Counted from the first letter of the stretch, positions 8,076 through 18,055 are shown. The stretch is DNA of 36,693 nucleotides from an uncultured Acidimicrobiia bacterium (GCA_964548475.1 CAZJRF010000004.1:1-36693), one strand, 5' to 3'. Numbers and translations are program-made. The notes: generated from the sequence alone by a model not told the origin.

Positions 8076-8764
8076 ACGTCGGTCGCACGCTGGTGGGGGC
8101 CGCCCTGGTGGCGCTGGGAGTGGTTTACGTGCTCGGGGTCGCCGGAGTCATCGAGAGTCGTGAGTTCATCGGACGCTGGTGGCCGGTGCTGGTGATCGGG
8201 CTGGGGTTGCTGCAGGCGCTGGCGGAGCGGCGCTTCAGCCCGGTGGCCTGGGTCCTGGTGGCGGGGGGCTTGCTGATCCTGGCGGTGACCACCGGGGCCT
8301 TTGGCAAGACCGCCTGGTCGGTGACGTGGCCGATCCTGATGGTCCTGGCCGGTGTTTGGCTGCTGTCGGGGTGGGGGCGCCTGGGCCGGGGCCGGGTCGA
8401 GGAAACCCAATTCTCACGGATATCGGTGTTCAACTCGGTGAGGCTGTCCTGCCGCTCGAACGCTTTGCGCCGGGCCGGCCTCACCGCCGTGTTCGGCAAG
8501 CTGCGCCTCGACCTGACGGGGGCCCGGCTCGACCCGGCCGGTGCTCGTGTGTCGGCCACGTCGGTGTTCGGGCACATCGATGTGATCGTTCCCCAGGGGT
8601 GGACGGTGGAGGTGCGGGGCCTGCCGATTGCGGGCGCTTGGGACGACACGGTCTCCCGCCGGGGGGTGGGGCCGGGGAGCCCCCGCCTGGAGGTGCACGT
8701 GCTGGCCGTGCTGGGCGGGGTCGAAGTGAAGCACCGCCGCCGCTGGGCGCCCGACCCGCGCTAG
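8069..8764 (+). CDS. LiaF/DUF2154-like membrane protein (cell-wall-active-antibiotic response family)
   Basis: This is the internal ATG of track ORF 7841..8764. It overlaps the ROK stop (ATGGTGA). There are about 4 N-terminal TM helices, then AVFGKLRLDLTGARLDP...TSVFGHIDVIVPQGWTVEVRG, typical of the LiaF C-terminal domain. Confidence 0.65.
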   Translation: MVNVGRTLVGAALVALGVVYVLGVAGVIESREFIGRWWPVLVIGLGLLQALAERRFSPVAWVLVAGGLLILAVTTGAFGKTAWSVTWPILMVLAGVWLLSGWGRLGRGRVEETQFSRISVFNSVRLSCRSNALRRAGLTAVFGKLRLDLTGARLDPAGARVSATSVFGHIDVIVPQGWTVEVRGLPIAGAWDDTVSRRGVGPGSPRLEVHVLAVLGGVEVKHRRRWAPDPR

Positions 8765-10899
8765 GTGGAGAAAGGCAGTGGGGAGGCCCCGTTGCCGTTG
8801 GCGGGGATGTAGAGGGCCTGCAGGTACTCGGCCACCATCCTGGTGGCGCTGAAGGGCACCGCGGCGATCATCGCCTCCTTCATCATCGCCACCCAGCGGC
8901 GAGGCACCCCGTCCTCGTCGCGCTCGTAGTAGAGCGGCGCCACCTGGTGCTCGATCAGGTCGTACAGGGTGGCGGCGTCGGCGTCGTCGGAATGAGGCAC
9001 TTCGCCGAAGCCCCAGCCGTTCTTTCCGTTGAAGCCTTCCAGCCACCAGCCGTCGAGCACCGACAGGTTGGGCACCCCGTTGATGGCCGCCTTCATACCC
9101 GACGTCCCGCTCGCTTCCATCGGGGGTCGGGGCATGTTCACCCAGACATCGGCTCCGGCCAGCAGGTAGCGCGCCAGTTCCATGTCGTAGTCCTCGACGT
9201 AGGCCACGTGGCCTTCGAAGCGCGGGTCCTTGGCCATCTGGACGACCCGGCGGATCAGGTCCTGGCCCTCCCGGTCGGCGGGGTGGGCCTTGCCGCCGAA
9301 GACGATCTGCACCGGGTGTTCGGGATGGCTGAGCAAAGCCTGGAGGCGGTCCATGTCGCTGAGGAGCAGCCCCACTCGCTTGTAGGCGGCGAAGCGGCGG
9401 GCGAAGACTAGGGTCAGCTGGTCCACGGCGAAGAGGGACCCAACCCGCCGTAGCTCGTCGGGAGCCTCGCCGTGGCGGGCCTCCATGTCGCGCAGGCGGG
9501 TGCGCACGTTGCGCAGCAGGCGCTCCTTCTGGGCCTGGTGGGCCTCCCACAACTCCTTGTCGGGGATGCGGCGCAGGGCTTCCCAGGCGGGAAGATCGAG
9601 GGTTTGCATGGCCCAGTCCTGGCCGAGGGCCCGGGCGAAGCGGCGCTCGATGACGCCTCCCACCCAGGTGGGGAGGTGCACCCCGTTGGTCACCGCCCGT
9701 CCGGGACCCCCGATCAGGTGCTGCCAGTCCCGGGTCACCACCTCCCCGTGCCGCCGGCTCACCCCGTTGGTGACCGCGGACAGGCGGATGGCCAGGGCCC
9801 CCATGTCGAAGGCGCCGGGGTTCCCGTTGGCCCCCAGTGAGGCCAGGGTGGCGTCGTCGATGCCGAGGAGCCGATCGGCCACGTAACGTTGTACCAGCCC
9901 CAGGTCGAAGGTCTCGTTCCCCGCCGGCAGCGGGGTATGCAGGGTGAACACGGTGTGCTCCTTCACCTGCTCCACCGCCTGCTCCCGGCTGAGCCCGGCG
10001 CCCACGGCCCGGGAGAGGCGCTGTAACAGGGCGAAGGCGGCGTGGCCCTCGTTGACGTGCCAGGTGGTGGGTTTCCAGCCGAGAGCGTCCACTACCCGGG
10101 CCCCTCCGACGCCGAGAACCAACTCCTGGCAGAGGCGCATCTCCCGGCCGCGCACGTACAGGGTGTGGGTGATGGGGCGGTCGGCCGGGTCGTTGGATAG
10201 CAAGTCGGTGTCGAGCAACAGCAAGGGCACCCGGCCCACGTCGATGCGCCACACCCCGATGTCCACCATGCGGCCGGGGAGCTCCACCTGTACCACCAGG
10301 GGATGGCCGGTGCGGTCGAGCACCCGGCGCAGGGCCCGGCGGGCAACCTCGACCGGGCGGTAGAGGTGCTGCTGAGTGCCTTCGGGATCCACCTCCTGGT
10401 GGAAGTAGCCACGCTTGTACAGGAGCCCAATGGCCACCATGGGCAGACCCAGGTCGGAGGCGGCCTTCGCGTGATCGCCGGCCAGCACGCCGAGCCCCCC
10501 GGCGTAGAAGGGGAGAGTGTGGTGCACCCCGTATTCGGTGCAGAGGTAGACCAGGCCGTTGGGCAGGGCGTCGGGGTGGTTCCGGCCGTACCACGTGTCC
10601 TCGGCCGCCAGGTACTCATCGAAGGTGGAGATGACCTCGTGGTACAGGTCGGCGAAGGAGTCGTTGTTCTCCAGCGCCTCCCACACCTCGCCGGAGACGG
10701 CCTGCAGCATGGAGAGGGGGTTGGGGGAGTGCTGCCAGTCGGGGAGACTGACCCGCTGCCATAGCTCGCGGGCGGGACGATGCCAGACCCACCACATGTT
10801 GTAAGCCAGATCCCAGAGACGCTCGTAGGTCTTGGGCAGGTGCACCTTGGTGCCCGGGGCAACCGGGATCTCGGGAAGGGGGGAGGGGCGAGTGACCAT
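8761..10899 (-). CDS. glgP: alpha-glucan (glycogen/maltodextrin) phosphorylase, GT35
   Basis: 712 aa. It has the WWVWH N-terminal motif, the [16 protein letters not shown] glucan-binding block, and the PLP-lysine motif [15 protein letters not shown]. Confidence 0.9.
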   Translation of the reverse strand: MVTRPSPLPEIPVAPGTKVHLPKTYERLWDLAYNMWWVWHRPARELWQRVSLPDWQHSPNPLSMLQAVSGEVWEALENNDSFADLYHEVISTFDEYLAAEDTWYGRNHPDALPNGLVYLCTEYGVHHTLPFYAGGLGVLAGDHAKAASDLGLPMVAIGLLYKRGYFHQEVDPEGTQQHLYRPVEVARRALRRVLDRTGHPLVVQVELPGRMVDIGVWRIDVGRVPLLLLDTDLLSNDPADRPITHTLYVRGREMRLCQELVLGVGGARVVDALGWKPTTWHVNEGHAAFALLQRLSRAVGAGLSREQAVEQVKEHTVFTLHTPLPAGNETFDLGLVQRYVADRLLGIDDATLASLGANGNPGAFDMGALAIRLSAVTNGVSRRHGEVVTRDWQHLIGGPGRAVTNGVHLPTWVGGVIERRFARALGQDWAMQTLDLPAWEALRRIPDKELWEAHQAQKERLLRNVRTRLRDMEARHGEAPDELRRVGSLFAVDQLTLVFARRFAAYKRVGLLLSDMDRLQALLSHPEHPVQIVFGGKAHPADREGQDLIRRVVQMAKDPRFEGHVAYVEDYDMELARYLLAGADVWVNMPRPPMEASGTSGMKAAINGVPNLSVLDGWWLEGFNGKNGWGFGEVPHSDDADAATLYDLIEHQVAPLYYERDEDGVPRRWVAMMKEAMIAAVPFSATRMVAEYLQALYIPANGNGASPLPFST

Positions 10900-10989
10900 G
10901 GATCTCGAATCGGAAGAAGGAAGCTCAGACTACCCGCCCGCGGCGACCCCGGCGGAATCGGCTCGGCCCGGGATACACTGCGCGGCGCT

Positions 10990-12027
10990 GTGGCATTCCC
11001 CGACGGCATCGCCGACTTCCGCTCCGACACGGTGACCCGGCCCACGGCCGAGATGCGCCGGGCCATGGCGGAGGCCGAAGTGGGGGACGACGCCTACGGC
11101 GAGGATCCCACCGTCAATCTCCTCCAGGAGGAGGCGGCGGCGATGGTGGGCAAGGAGGCGGCGCTCTTCGTACCCAGCGGCACCATGGGCAACCAGCTGG
11201 CGGTGAACCTGCAGACTCGTCCCGGGGACGAGGTGCTCTGCACTGAGTGGGCTCATCTGCGCAACTACGAGCGGGGAGCGGCGGCGGCGCTCTCGGGGAC
11301 GGCTTTCCGCACGGTGCCGGGGGAGGGAGGGTTGATCACGCCGGAGCAGGTCGAGGAGGCCCTGGCCTGGTCCGGGACCCGCCTGCCGCGGGTGTCGCTG
11401 CTGGTTTGGGAGAACACCCACAACGCCGCCGGGGGTACCGTGCTGCCGGTCGATCCGGTGACGGCGGCCACGGCCGTGGCGCGAGAGCGAGGCCTGGCGG
11501 TGCACCTCGACGGGGCACGGCTGTTCAACGCGGCGGTGGCCGGCGGCCGGCCGGCCGCCGAACTGGCGGCCGTGGCCGACACGGTGATGTTCTGTTTCTC
11601 CAAGGGACTGGCGGCACCGGTCGGCTCGGTGCTGTGCGGGAGCGCGACCCTGATCGCGGCGGCGCGGGAGGTGCGTCGGCGCTTCGGGGGCAATATGCGG
11701 CAGGCGGGGGTTCTGGCTGCCGCCGCCCGGGTGGCACTGCGGGACTGGGAGCGACTGGCCGAGGATCACGCGCTGGCACGGTCGCTGGCCGAGGTGCTCG
11801 CCGAGCGCCTGCCGGGTTCGGTGGCCGCCTGGCCGCAAACGAACATGGTGCAGGTGGCGGGGGATCGCCTGGCCGGCGGTCCGGAGGGTTTCCGCGCCTC
11901 TCTGGCGGCGGCCGGGGTTCTAGTGGGCTACATCCGGCCGGGAGTGCTGCGTTTCGTCACTCATCACGACGTGGGCGCGGACGACGTGGCCCGGGTGGCG
12001 GCGGTGGCCGGCGGGCTGGGACGCTGA
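10990..12027 (+). CDS. ltaE: low-specificity L-threonine aldolase (beta-eliminating lyase family, PLP)
   Basis: This is the 3' part of track ORF 10780..12027. Motifs are [32 protein letters not shown] and the PLP lysine in [12 protein letters not shown]. The start is set at GTG 10990 ([14 protein letters not shown]), which gives a normal ~345-aa length and avoids overlap with glgP. The start is moderately uncertain. Confidence 0.8.
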   Translation: MAFPDGIADFRSDTVTRPTAEMRRAMAEAEVGDDAYGEDPTVNLLQEEAAAMVGKEAALFVPSGTMGNQLAVNLQTRPGDEVLCTEWAHLRNYERGAAAALSGTAFRTVPGEGGLITPEQVEEALAWSGTRLPRVSLLVWENTHNAAGGTVLPVDPVTAATAVARERGLAVHLDGARLFNAAVAGGRPAAELAAVADTVMFCFSKGLAAPVGSVLCGSATLIAAAREVRRRFGGNMRQAGVLAAAARVALRDWERLAEDHALARSLAEVLAERLPGSVAAWPQTNMVQVAGDRLAGGPEGFRASLAAAGVLVGYIRPGVLRFVTHHDVGADDVARVAAVAGGLGR

Positions 12028-12049
12028 GGACGGGCCGGGCGGGATAGGC

Positions 12050-12307
12050 ATGGAGAGATCCGAAGCCGAGGGGAGACTGATCGACCTGCTGGTGGGCGAC
12101 CTGGCGGTTGCCCGCGAGCTGATCACACGGGGTGCCCGGCTTGAGGAGGATCTGGGGCTGGATTCGCTGGGGATGGTGGATCTGCTGCTGGGCATGGAAG
12201 AGGTCTTCGGGGTGAGCATCCCCGACGAGCAGGCGGAGCAGATCACCACGCTGGCATCGGCGGTTGAGGTGCTGGTGAGGCTCACCGGCCGGCACGGGCA
12301 ACGATGA
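12050..12307 (+). CDS. acyl/peptidyl carrier protein (stand-alone ACP)
   Basis: 85 aa. The phosphopantetheine attachment motif is EEDLGLDSLGMVDLLLGMEEVFGV. No synthase, ligase or PPTase lies nearby. Confidence 0.75.
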   Translation: MERSEAEGRLIDLLVGDLAVARELITRGARLEEDLGLDSLGMVDLLLGMEEVFGVSIPDEQAEQITTLASAVEVLVRLTGRHGQR

Positions 12308-12834
12308 CTTCCGGCCCGCCCCCGGCCGGTCTCCCGGTGTACGGGTTCTGCCCCATGTGCGCCACCCCTCTGGAGTGGAAGTTGGCCGGCGGGCGGGAGC
12401 GACGGGTCTGCCCCGGCTGCGGGTTCGTCCACTGGCAGAACCCGGGGGTAGGGGCGGCGGCCGTGGTCCGGGACGAGCGGGGGCGGGTGCTGCTGGTGCG
12501 CCGGGGCCCCGGGGCCACCCGAGCCGGCTACTGGTCGATCCCGGCCGGGTTCGTGGATGCAGACGAGGAGATACGGAAGGCGGCAGCCCGCGAGCTGGCC
12601 GAAGAGACCGGGCTGGTGGGGGAGATCGGCGAGGTGCTGCAGGTGGCCAGCAACTTCCACGACCCGGCCAAGCCCACCGTCGGGGTGTGGTTCGCGGCGC
12701 GAGTGGTGGGTGGGGAGCTGCAGGCCGGCGACGACGCGACGGAGGCGGAGTTCTTCGCCCTGGACAATCTTCCCGACCTGGCGTTTCCTACCGACGCGAC
12801 CCTGCTCACCCGGCTGGCGCAGGCGGAGAGATAG
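12304..12834 (+). CDS. NUDIX hydrolase with N-terminal zinc ribbon
   Basis: It has an ATGA overlap with the ACP. The sequence CPMC...CPGCG forms a Cys4 ribbon. The Nudix box is GFVDADEEIRKAAARELAEETGL. The NudC SQPWPFP motif is absent, so the substrate is unassigned. Confidence 0.8.
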   Translation: MTSGPPPAGLPVYGFCPMCATPLEWKLAGGRERRVCPGCGFVHWQNPGVGAAAVVRDERGRVLLVRRGPGATRAGYWSIPAGFVDADEEIRKAAARELAEETGLVGEIGEVLQVASNFHDPAKPTVGVWFAARVVGGELQAGDDATEAEFFALDNLPDLAFPTDATLLTRLAQAER

Positions 12835-12856
12835 CGGCTCGCGCGGCGGAGACGGC

Positions 12857-13489
12857 TCAGCGATCGGGGACCGGCGGAAAGGGGGCGGCCGGGCCGGGCG
12901 GGTTCCAGGCGGCTGCCGGCTGCCACGGCGATCCCGGGGAGAGGGTAAGCACCGAGCCGTGTGCGGGCTTGTCCCGGTGGAGGTTCTTCAGGCGCTCGCC
13001 GGTCAGGAGCAGCCGGGCGGCCTGGATGGGATCCTGGTGGGAGATCAGGATGGCCCTCCGGCCCGGGTGGGCCCGGCCCAGTTCTTCGACCAGCGCGGCC
13101 ACTCGGCCGGCCGCCGCCTCGATCGACTCGGGAGAGAAGGGCAGGTCGGCGGGGTGGTCGAGATAGGCCTCCAACTCGCCCGGGAAGGCGGCGGGCAGAT
13201 CCTCCCAGCACACCCCCGCCCAGCGCATGCCCAGCCGCCACTCGGTGAGGCGCTGGTCGAGGACCGGGGTCAGGCCGAGGCGGCGGCCGATGATGCGGGC
13301 GGTCTCCTGCGCACGCAACAGGGGGGAGCAGAACAGGAGGTCGGCCCCGGCCCGGGCCAGGTGGGCGGCGGCGGCACGAGCCTGGCGCCGGCCGGCCGGA
13401 CTGAGACCGAAACCGGGCAGATCGCCGTAGCACAGGTGATCCGGGTTGTGGACCTCGCCGTGGCGAACGAGGAAGAGGCGGGCCAGCAC
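12857..13489 (-). CDS. histidine phosphatase family protein (phosphoglycerate-mutase-like)
   Basis: 210 aa with a GTG start. It has the RHGE catalytic motif (LFLVRHGEV), SPLLRAQETA, and a second His in ILISHQDP. Confidence 0.8.
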   Translation of the reverse strand: MLARLFLVRHGEVHNPDHLCYGDLPGFGLSPAGRRQARAAAAHLARAGADLLFCSPLLRAQETARIIGRRLGLTPVLDQRLTEWRLGMRWAGVCWEDLPAAFPGELEAYLDHPADLPFSPESIEAAAGRVAALVEELGRAHPGRRAILISHQDPIQAARLLLTGERLKNLHRDKPAHGSVLTLSPGSPWQPAAAWNPPGPAAPFPPVPDR

Positions 13490-13523
13490 AGGCGGGAGTG
13501 TAGGGAGCGGGTACGGTAGGCGG

Positions 13524-14741
13524 GTGCCTGCCTTCGCCGAGCACGTTGCCCACGTGGATATGGACGCCTTCTTCGTGGAGGTGGAGCGTCTGCGCCGCCC
13601 CGAGCTGCGTCGGGTGCCGGTGGCGGTGGCCGGGCTGGGGGGCCGGGGGGTGGTCTCGTCGGCCTCCTACGAGGCCCGCCGGTGCGGGATCACCTCGGGC
13701 ATGCCGACCGGGCAAGCTCGCCGGCTCTGCCCGCACGGGCGATTCCTGGCTCCCGATCATCACGCCTATGCGGAGGCCTCGGGGCGGGTCCTGGCGGTGC
13801 TGGGCTCGTTCACCCCGGTGGTGGAGCAGATCTCGGTGGACGAGGCCTTCCTGGAGATCGGCGGCCTCCGGCTGCGTTACCCATCGCCGGAGGCAGTGGG
13901 GCAGGCCATCCGCGCCGAGGTGCGTGAGCAGACCGGGCTTCCGGCCTCGGTGGGTCTGGCGGGTAGCAAGCTGATCGCCAAGCTGGCCAGCCGGGCGGCC
14001 AAGCCGGATGGGCTGCGCCTGGTCCCCGCCGGCGGAGAGGAAGACTTCCTCCATCCCTTGCCCGTACGGGCACTATGGGGAGTGGGGGAGGCAACCTACG
14101 CCCGTCTCGAGGAGCTGGGGGTGGCCACTATCGGCGACCTGGCCGCCCTGCCCCGGGACATCCTGCAACGACGGCTGGGTGAAGCGATGGGGAGCCATCT
14201 GAGCGACCTCGCGCAAGGACAAGACGATCGGCCGGTAGTGCCTGCCGGCCCGGCCAAATCGCTCTCGGTGGAGGACACCTATCCTGCCGATCTCTCGGGC
14301 CGGGCGGCGCTGGAGGCAGAGCTCCTGGGATTGGCCGATCGGCTGGCCTCCCGTCTGCGCCGGGCGGGGGTGGCGGGGCGCACCGTGGTGCTGAAGGTGC
14401 GTTTCGGCGACTTCACCACGATCTCTCGCAGCCAACGGCAGTCGGCCGCGATCGATACAGCGCACGACCTGTACCGGGCGGCGCTCCCGCTTCTGGATCG
14501 GGCGGAGGTGGGGGCACGGGCGGTGCGCCTGCTGGGCCTCGGCGTCGAGGCCTTGGAGGAGAGCGGCTTCCCCCGCCAGCTGGGCCTGGAGGAGCGTCCC
14601 TGGAGCGACCTGGAGGCGGCGGTGGACCGGGTGCGGGAGCGCTTCGGGCGGCAGGCAGTAGGTCCGGCCCGCCTGTCCGGCGGCCGGGAGCCGGCATCTG
14701 TGCCTTGGGAGAATATGGAAGGACTTTTGCCGGGTTGCTGA
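13524..14741 (+). CDS. dinB: DNA polymerase IV (Y-family)
   Basis: This is the 3' part of track ORF 13446..14741. The start is trimmed to GTG 13524 to avoid the divergent phosphatase gene. Motifs are HVDMDAFFVEVE, SYEARRCGITSGMP, ISVDEAFLE, ASVGLAGSKLIAKLAS and LWGVG. Confidence 0.88.
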   Translation: MPAFAEHVAHVDMDAFFVEVERLRRPELRRVPVAVAGLGGRGVVSSASYEARRCGITSGMPTGQARRLCPHGRFLAPDHHAYAEASGRVLAVLGSFTPVVEQISVDEAFLEIGGLRLRYPSPEAVGQAIRAEVREQTGLPASVGLAGSKLIAKLASRAAKPDGLRLVPAGGEEDFLHPLPVRALWGVGEATYARLEELGVATIGDLAALPRDILQRRLGEAMGSHLSDLAQGQDDRPVVPAGPAKSLSVEDTYPADLSGRAALEAELLGLADRLASRLRRAGVAGRTVVLKVRFGDFTTISRSQRQSAAIDTAHDLYRAALPLLDRAEVGARAVRLLGLGVEALEESGFPRQLGLEERPWSDLEAAVDRVRERFGRQAVGPARLSGGREPASVPWENMEGLLPGC

Positions 14742-14755
14742 CCGGGCCGTTTCGG

Positions 14756-14761
14756 TATACT
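14756..14761 (+). promoter_or_regulatory. candidate -10 hexamer TATACT upstream of the DUF3040 gene
   Basis: TATACT lies 29 nt upstream of ATG 14790, and GGAAG lies 5 nt before the ATG as an SD. There is no convincing -35. This is a pattern match only. Confidence 0.25.
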
Positions 14762-14789
14762 CGGCTCACCGGCCACCTGCGGAAGACCC

Positions 14790-15119
14790 ATGCCACTCAA
14801 TGACAGAGAGCAGCGCATCCTCGAGGAGATCGAGCGCCAGTTCTATGAGGACGACCCGGAACTGGCGGAGACGGTGCGGACGGCCACCTTGGCCTCGGGC
14901 TCGGGCAGGCAGCTGAAGTGGAGTGTGCTGGGGCTGGCGGCCGGTATGGTGCTGATGCTGGTGTTCTTCACCAGTCAGACTCTGGTGGCCCTGGGGGGGT
15001 TCGTGCTCATGGTGCTGTCGGTGGCCTGGATCGTGGCCATCATGCGGCGCCGTTCTGGGGTAGCCTCACGGCACTCCTGGGCAGGCAGGCTGCGCAGGCC
15101 ACGGGGGCGCAGCGGGTAG
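14790..15119 (+). CDS. DUF3040-type small membrane protein
   Basis: 109 aa. The sequence MPLNDREQRILEEIERQFYEDDPELA is followed by two TM helices. This is a family I recognise as lying near dcw clusters in actinobacteria. Confidence 0.75.
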   Translation: MPLNDREQRILEEIERQFYEDDPELAETVRTATLASGSGRQLKWSVLGLAAGMVLMLVFFTSQTLVALGGFVLMVLSVAWIVAIMRRRSGVASRHSWAGRLRRPRGRSG

Positions 15120-15194
15120 AGACAGATGTTGGGGGAGCAGGGCTCGGGCCCATCGGTGATGGGAATCGGGCGGGGACCTTGGGGAGGAGTGGCT

Positions 15195-15686
15195 GTGGAG
15201 GCGTTCACCGCACAGCAGGCGTGTCGCTTGACCGGTTGCACCGCGCACCAGTTGCGTTACTGGGATCGGGTCAATCTGCTGCGACCCAGCCTGCAGCGGA
15301 CCGGCGGGCGCCCGGGGCGCCGCCGCCTCTACGCCTTCCGCGACCTGGTCGCCCTGCGCGTGGTGAAGAGCCTGCTCGACAATGGGATGTCGGTGCAGCG
15401 GGTGCGCCGGGCCTGGGACTACCTGCGCCGCACCGCCGACATGGACCGGCACCTGGCCGAGGTCAGGCTGGTCACCGACGGGCACAGCATCTTCCGCGTC
15501 GCCTCCAACGATGAGGAGCTCATTGATGCTCTGCGGGAGGGCCAGCTGGCCTTCTTCGTGGCCATTGGTGAGATCACCCAGGAGGTCGAGGAGGACGTCA
15601 CCCGCTTCGAGCTGGACCGGGAGCAGTTCCTCGAGATGCTGCGGCGGGTAGAGGACGACATCGGGTCGCAGGCCGCCCAGGGCTGA
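15195..15686 (+). CDS. MerR-family HTH transcriptional regulator
   Basis: FTAQQACRLTGCTAHQLRYWDRVNLLRPS...YAFRDLVALRVVKSLLDNGMS is a MerR-type HTH plus wing. The start is chosen at GTG 15195 behind GGGGAGGAG. In-frame alternatives exist at 15126, 15159 and 15189. The C-terminal ~90 aa are not the classic MerR coiled coil. Confidence 0.7.
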   Translation: MEAFTAQQACRLTGCTAHQLRYWDRVNLLRPSLQRTGGRPGRRRLYAFRDLVALRVVKSLLDNGMSVQRVRRAWDYLRRTADMDRHLAEVRLVTDGHSIFRVASNDEELIDALREGQLAFFVAIGEITQEVEEDVTRFELDREQFLEMLRRVEDDIGSQAAQG

Positions 15687-15691
15687 GAAGG

Positions 15692-18055
15692 TCAGCTCTG
15701 CCGCCAGCGCCCCGGGCGCAGTGAACGGAGCCGGTACCAGGAGGCTGCCCGGCGAGGCCGGGAGTGCTGCCCGGCCAGGGACTGCTCGGTCTCTTCCAGC
15801 GCCCGGGTGGCAACGGTCACCATTCCCGAACGGTCGGCCGGGCGGGCGGCTCTCCCGTAGATGCTTTCCCCATAGGCTCGGGCGAGGGGTCTCATGACGG
15901 GGTCGGTAGCCCGGGCCACCTCGTCGGGAGTCGCCCCCGCGGGAGGTTCCTGGCCCAGGTCGGAGAGCCGGTCGACGATTTCCCGCCAGGCGGCGGAGAC
16001 ATCGCCGGCGGCCAGGGCCCGCAGCCGGTGGCGGCGCCGGGCCCACTTGAGCGCGGGCACCAGCCCGAAGAGCAGGGCCGGTGAGCCGGCCGCGACGGCC
16101 GCCCAGATGGGGAGGTACCAGGATTGGCTGCCGCCGGTGTCGACGGGGACCACCGGTGGGATGTCGGGCGGTGATTCGTCGTCCGGGGGGTACTGGGAAG
16201 GGATGTTGCCGGGATCGACCGGCCAGATCGGGTCGTCCACCTCCAGGTAGGCGGACACATCGAAGGGCAGCGCGTTGGAGTAGGCGGGATTGGCGCCGTC
16301 GGGCCGGGGGGTGGGATCGAAGCGCACCCAGCCCTGAGTGGGCATCCACAACTCCACCCAGGCGTGAGCCTGCCGGTCGCGCACCACGACGCGCCCGTCC
16401 TCGAGCAACTCACCCGGGGCGAATCCGAGCACTACCCGGCTGGGAAGGCCGACCTGGCGGGCCATCACCGCCATCGCAGTGGCGAACTGCTCGCAGTAGC
16501 CGGTGCGGTACCCGGGGCCGGCCGCATCGAGCAGCCAGGCGGCCAGATCCTCGGCGGCATGCCCGGGGTCCACTTGGGCGGAGTAGCGGAAGGAACCGGG
16601 CTCGCGGAAAAAAGCCTCCAGGGCCAGGCCTTTCTCGAAGTCGGTGCTCAGATCGGTGACCTGGCGGCGGGCCAGGGCGAGCACCCGGGCGTCAATATCG
16701 GCGGGCAGGCGCAGGTATTCCTCCCGGCGGGGAAGCTCGTAGACGGCCGGGGGTTCGGTCGCGGGCGGGGCGTCGTAGGCGTCCTCGGCCGCGGAGGCCA
16801 CGGCGAACAGCGGCGAGGGCGCACCGTCGTTGCCCAGGGCGAGCACGTCCAGGTCGGGCAGAGGCACCTGCGAGACGACCCGGTAGGTCATGCCGTAGTA
16901 GGTGAGGGCATCGAAGTGGAGGGCACCGTCGTTGACCTTGGCGCGGAAACCCCGCTCCACCGCCCGGTTGGCCGAGGTGAGGGTGACAGGGGAGTAGGCA
17001 GCGGGCAGCCAGTCCTGCTGAAGGGCGAGGATGGTCACCGTCTGCACCACCGAGGCAGTGGGGCCGCGGAAGGCGAACCCCGGGTCCTCAAGGTAGGAGA
17101 CCTCCTCCGGCCGGGTCGCGTCCCGCCTATGGGCGTACCACTGGGCCCCATCGAACGACTCGAGGGTGAGGAGACGGAAGTGAACCTGATCGTGCGGCAG
17201 GTCGCCCTCCAGGACGGCGTAGAACACGGGCGTGTCGGAGGGGGAGAGCAGCTGCTGGCGGATGCCTACGAAGGGGTTGTAGGCGATGCTCCCGTAGTAG
17301 CCCCCGGTCAGCGCCGACGGGACCCGCCAGTCGAGGAGGCCGCTGCGGGGCAGGAGCCGGGCCAGGGCGGTGCTGGCGGGGAGGGTGACAAGCATGAGCG
17401 CAGCCAGGGCCGCCAAGGCCAGAGCCGGCTTGGTGCGGGCGACCGGCGAGCGCCCCGGACCAGCAGTGAGGGTGCCCGTTTCGCGCCGGCGGCGGTCGAG
17501 GGCCACGGCCAGCAGGGCCAGGCCGAGGAGCAGCAGGAAGGCGGCGGTCCAGAGGGTGCTCCGGCCGCGATCCATGGTGGCGAACTGGAGATACACAACC
17601 AGCGGTGCGAGCACGGCCGCGTAGGGTCGATCGCGCCGCAGGCCCCAGGAGAGCAGGCCGCCGAGCGCCCAGAAGACCACGGCGAGAATGGCGACAATCC
17701 CCGCCAGGGGGAGGACCGGCGCTACGCCCGTGCGGATGACGTTGAGAGCATAAGTCAGCTCGCGTCCCAGTGCCGGAAAGGAGCTGAGGGTGGGGAAGGC
17801 GAACCAGGTCGTGGCGGGGACGGCGATGCGGACCACGGTCAGAAACACCGCCGCCAGGTTGAGGGCGGCGACGGTCCAGCCGGAGAGTCGGTAGGCCAGG
17901 CCGGCCCAGGTGATAGACCCACCCAGGATGGCGGCGGCGAGCAGGATCACCTCCCAGGGGAGGCCTTCGGCGGAAGGGTGCAGGAGGCGCTCCAGACGCC
18001 CGAGGGCGAACAGGCCTCCGGCGAGGCCGGCTAGCCAGCTGAGACGGTAGACCAC
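15692..18055 (-). CDS. transglutaminase-domain membrane protein (TgpA-like, with DUF4129-like C-terminus)
   Basis: The start is trimmed from track ORF 15692..18502 to the in-frame GTG at 18055 (MVYRLSWLAGLAG...). There are multiple N-terminal TM helices. The transglutaminase core has Cys in RTGYCEQFATAMAVMAR, His in AHAWVELW and Asp in RFDPTP. A late TM helix and a helical tail follow. Confidence 0.8.
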   Translation of the reverse strand: MVYRLSWLAGLAGGLFALGRLERLLHPSAEGLPWEVILLAAAILGGSITWAGLAYRLSGWTVAALNLAAVFLTVVRIAVPATTWFAFPTLSSFPALGRELTYALNVIRTGVAPVLPLAGIVAILAVVFWALGGLLSWGLRRDRPYAAVLAPLVVYLQFATMDRGRSTLWTAAFLLLLGLALLAVALDRRRRETGTLTAGPGRSPVARTKPALALAALAALMLVTLPASTALARLLPRSGLLDWRVPSALTGGYYGSIAYNPFVGIRQQLLSPSDTPVFYAVLEGDLPHDQVHFRLLTLESFDGAQWYAHRRDATRPEEVSYLEDPGFAFRGPTASVVQTVTILALQQDWLPAAYSPVTLTSANRAVERGFRAKVNDGALHFDALTYYGMTYRVVSQVPLPDLDVLALGNDGAPSPLFAVASAAEDAYDAPPATEPPAVYELPRREEYLRLPADIDARVLALARRQVTDLSTDFEKGLALEAFFREPGSFRYSAQVDPGHAAEDLAAWLLDAAGPGYRTGYCEQFATAMAVMARQVGLPSRVVLGFAPGELLEDGRVVVRDRQAHAWVELWMPTQGWVRFDPTPRPDGANPAYSNALPFDVSAYLEVDDPIWPVDPGNIPSQYPPDDESPPDIPPVVPVDTGGSQSWYLPIWAAVAAGSPALLFGLVPALKWARRRHRLRALAAGDVSAAWREIVDRLSDLGQEPPAGATPDEVARATDPVMRPLARAYGESIYGRAARPADRSGMVTVATRALEETEQSLAGQHSRPRRAASWYRLRSLRPGRWRQS

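Noticed and set aside
8414-11066. Long ORFs 8414..10594 (726 aa) and 10092..11066 (324 aa) on the minus strand
   Set aside because: They are alternate-frame shadows of glgP (8761..10899). Their Pro/Arg/Gly-rich composition has no motifs. glgP in the third frame has unmistakable phosphorylase motifs.
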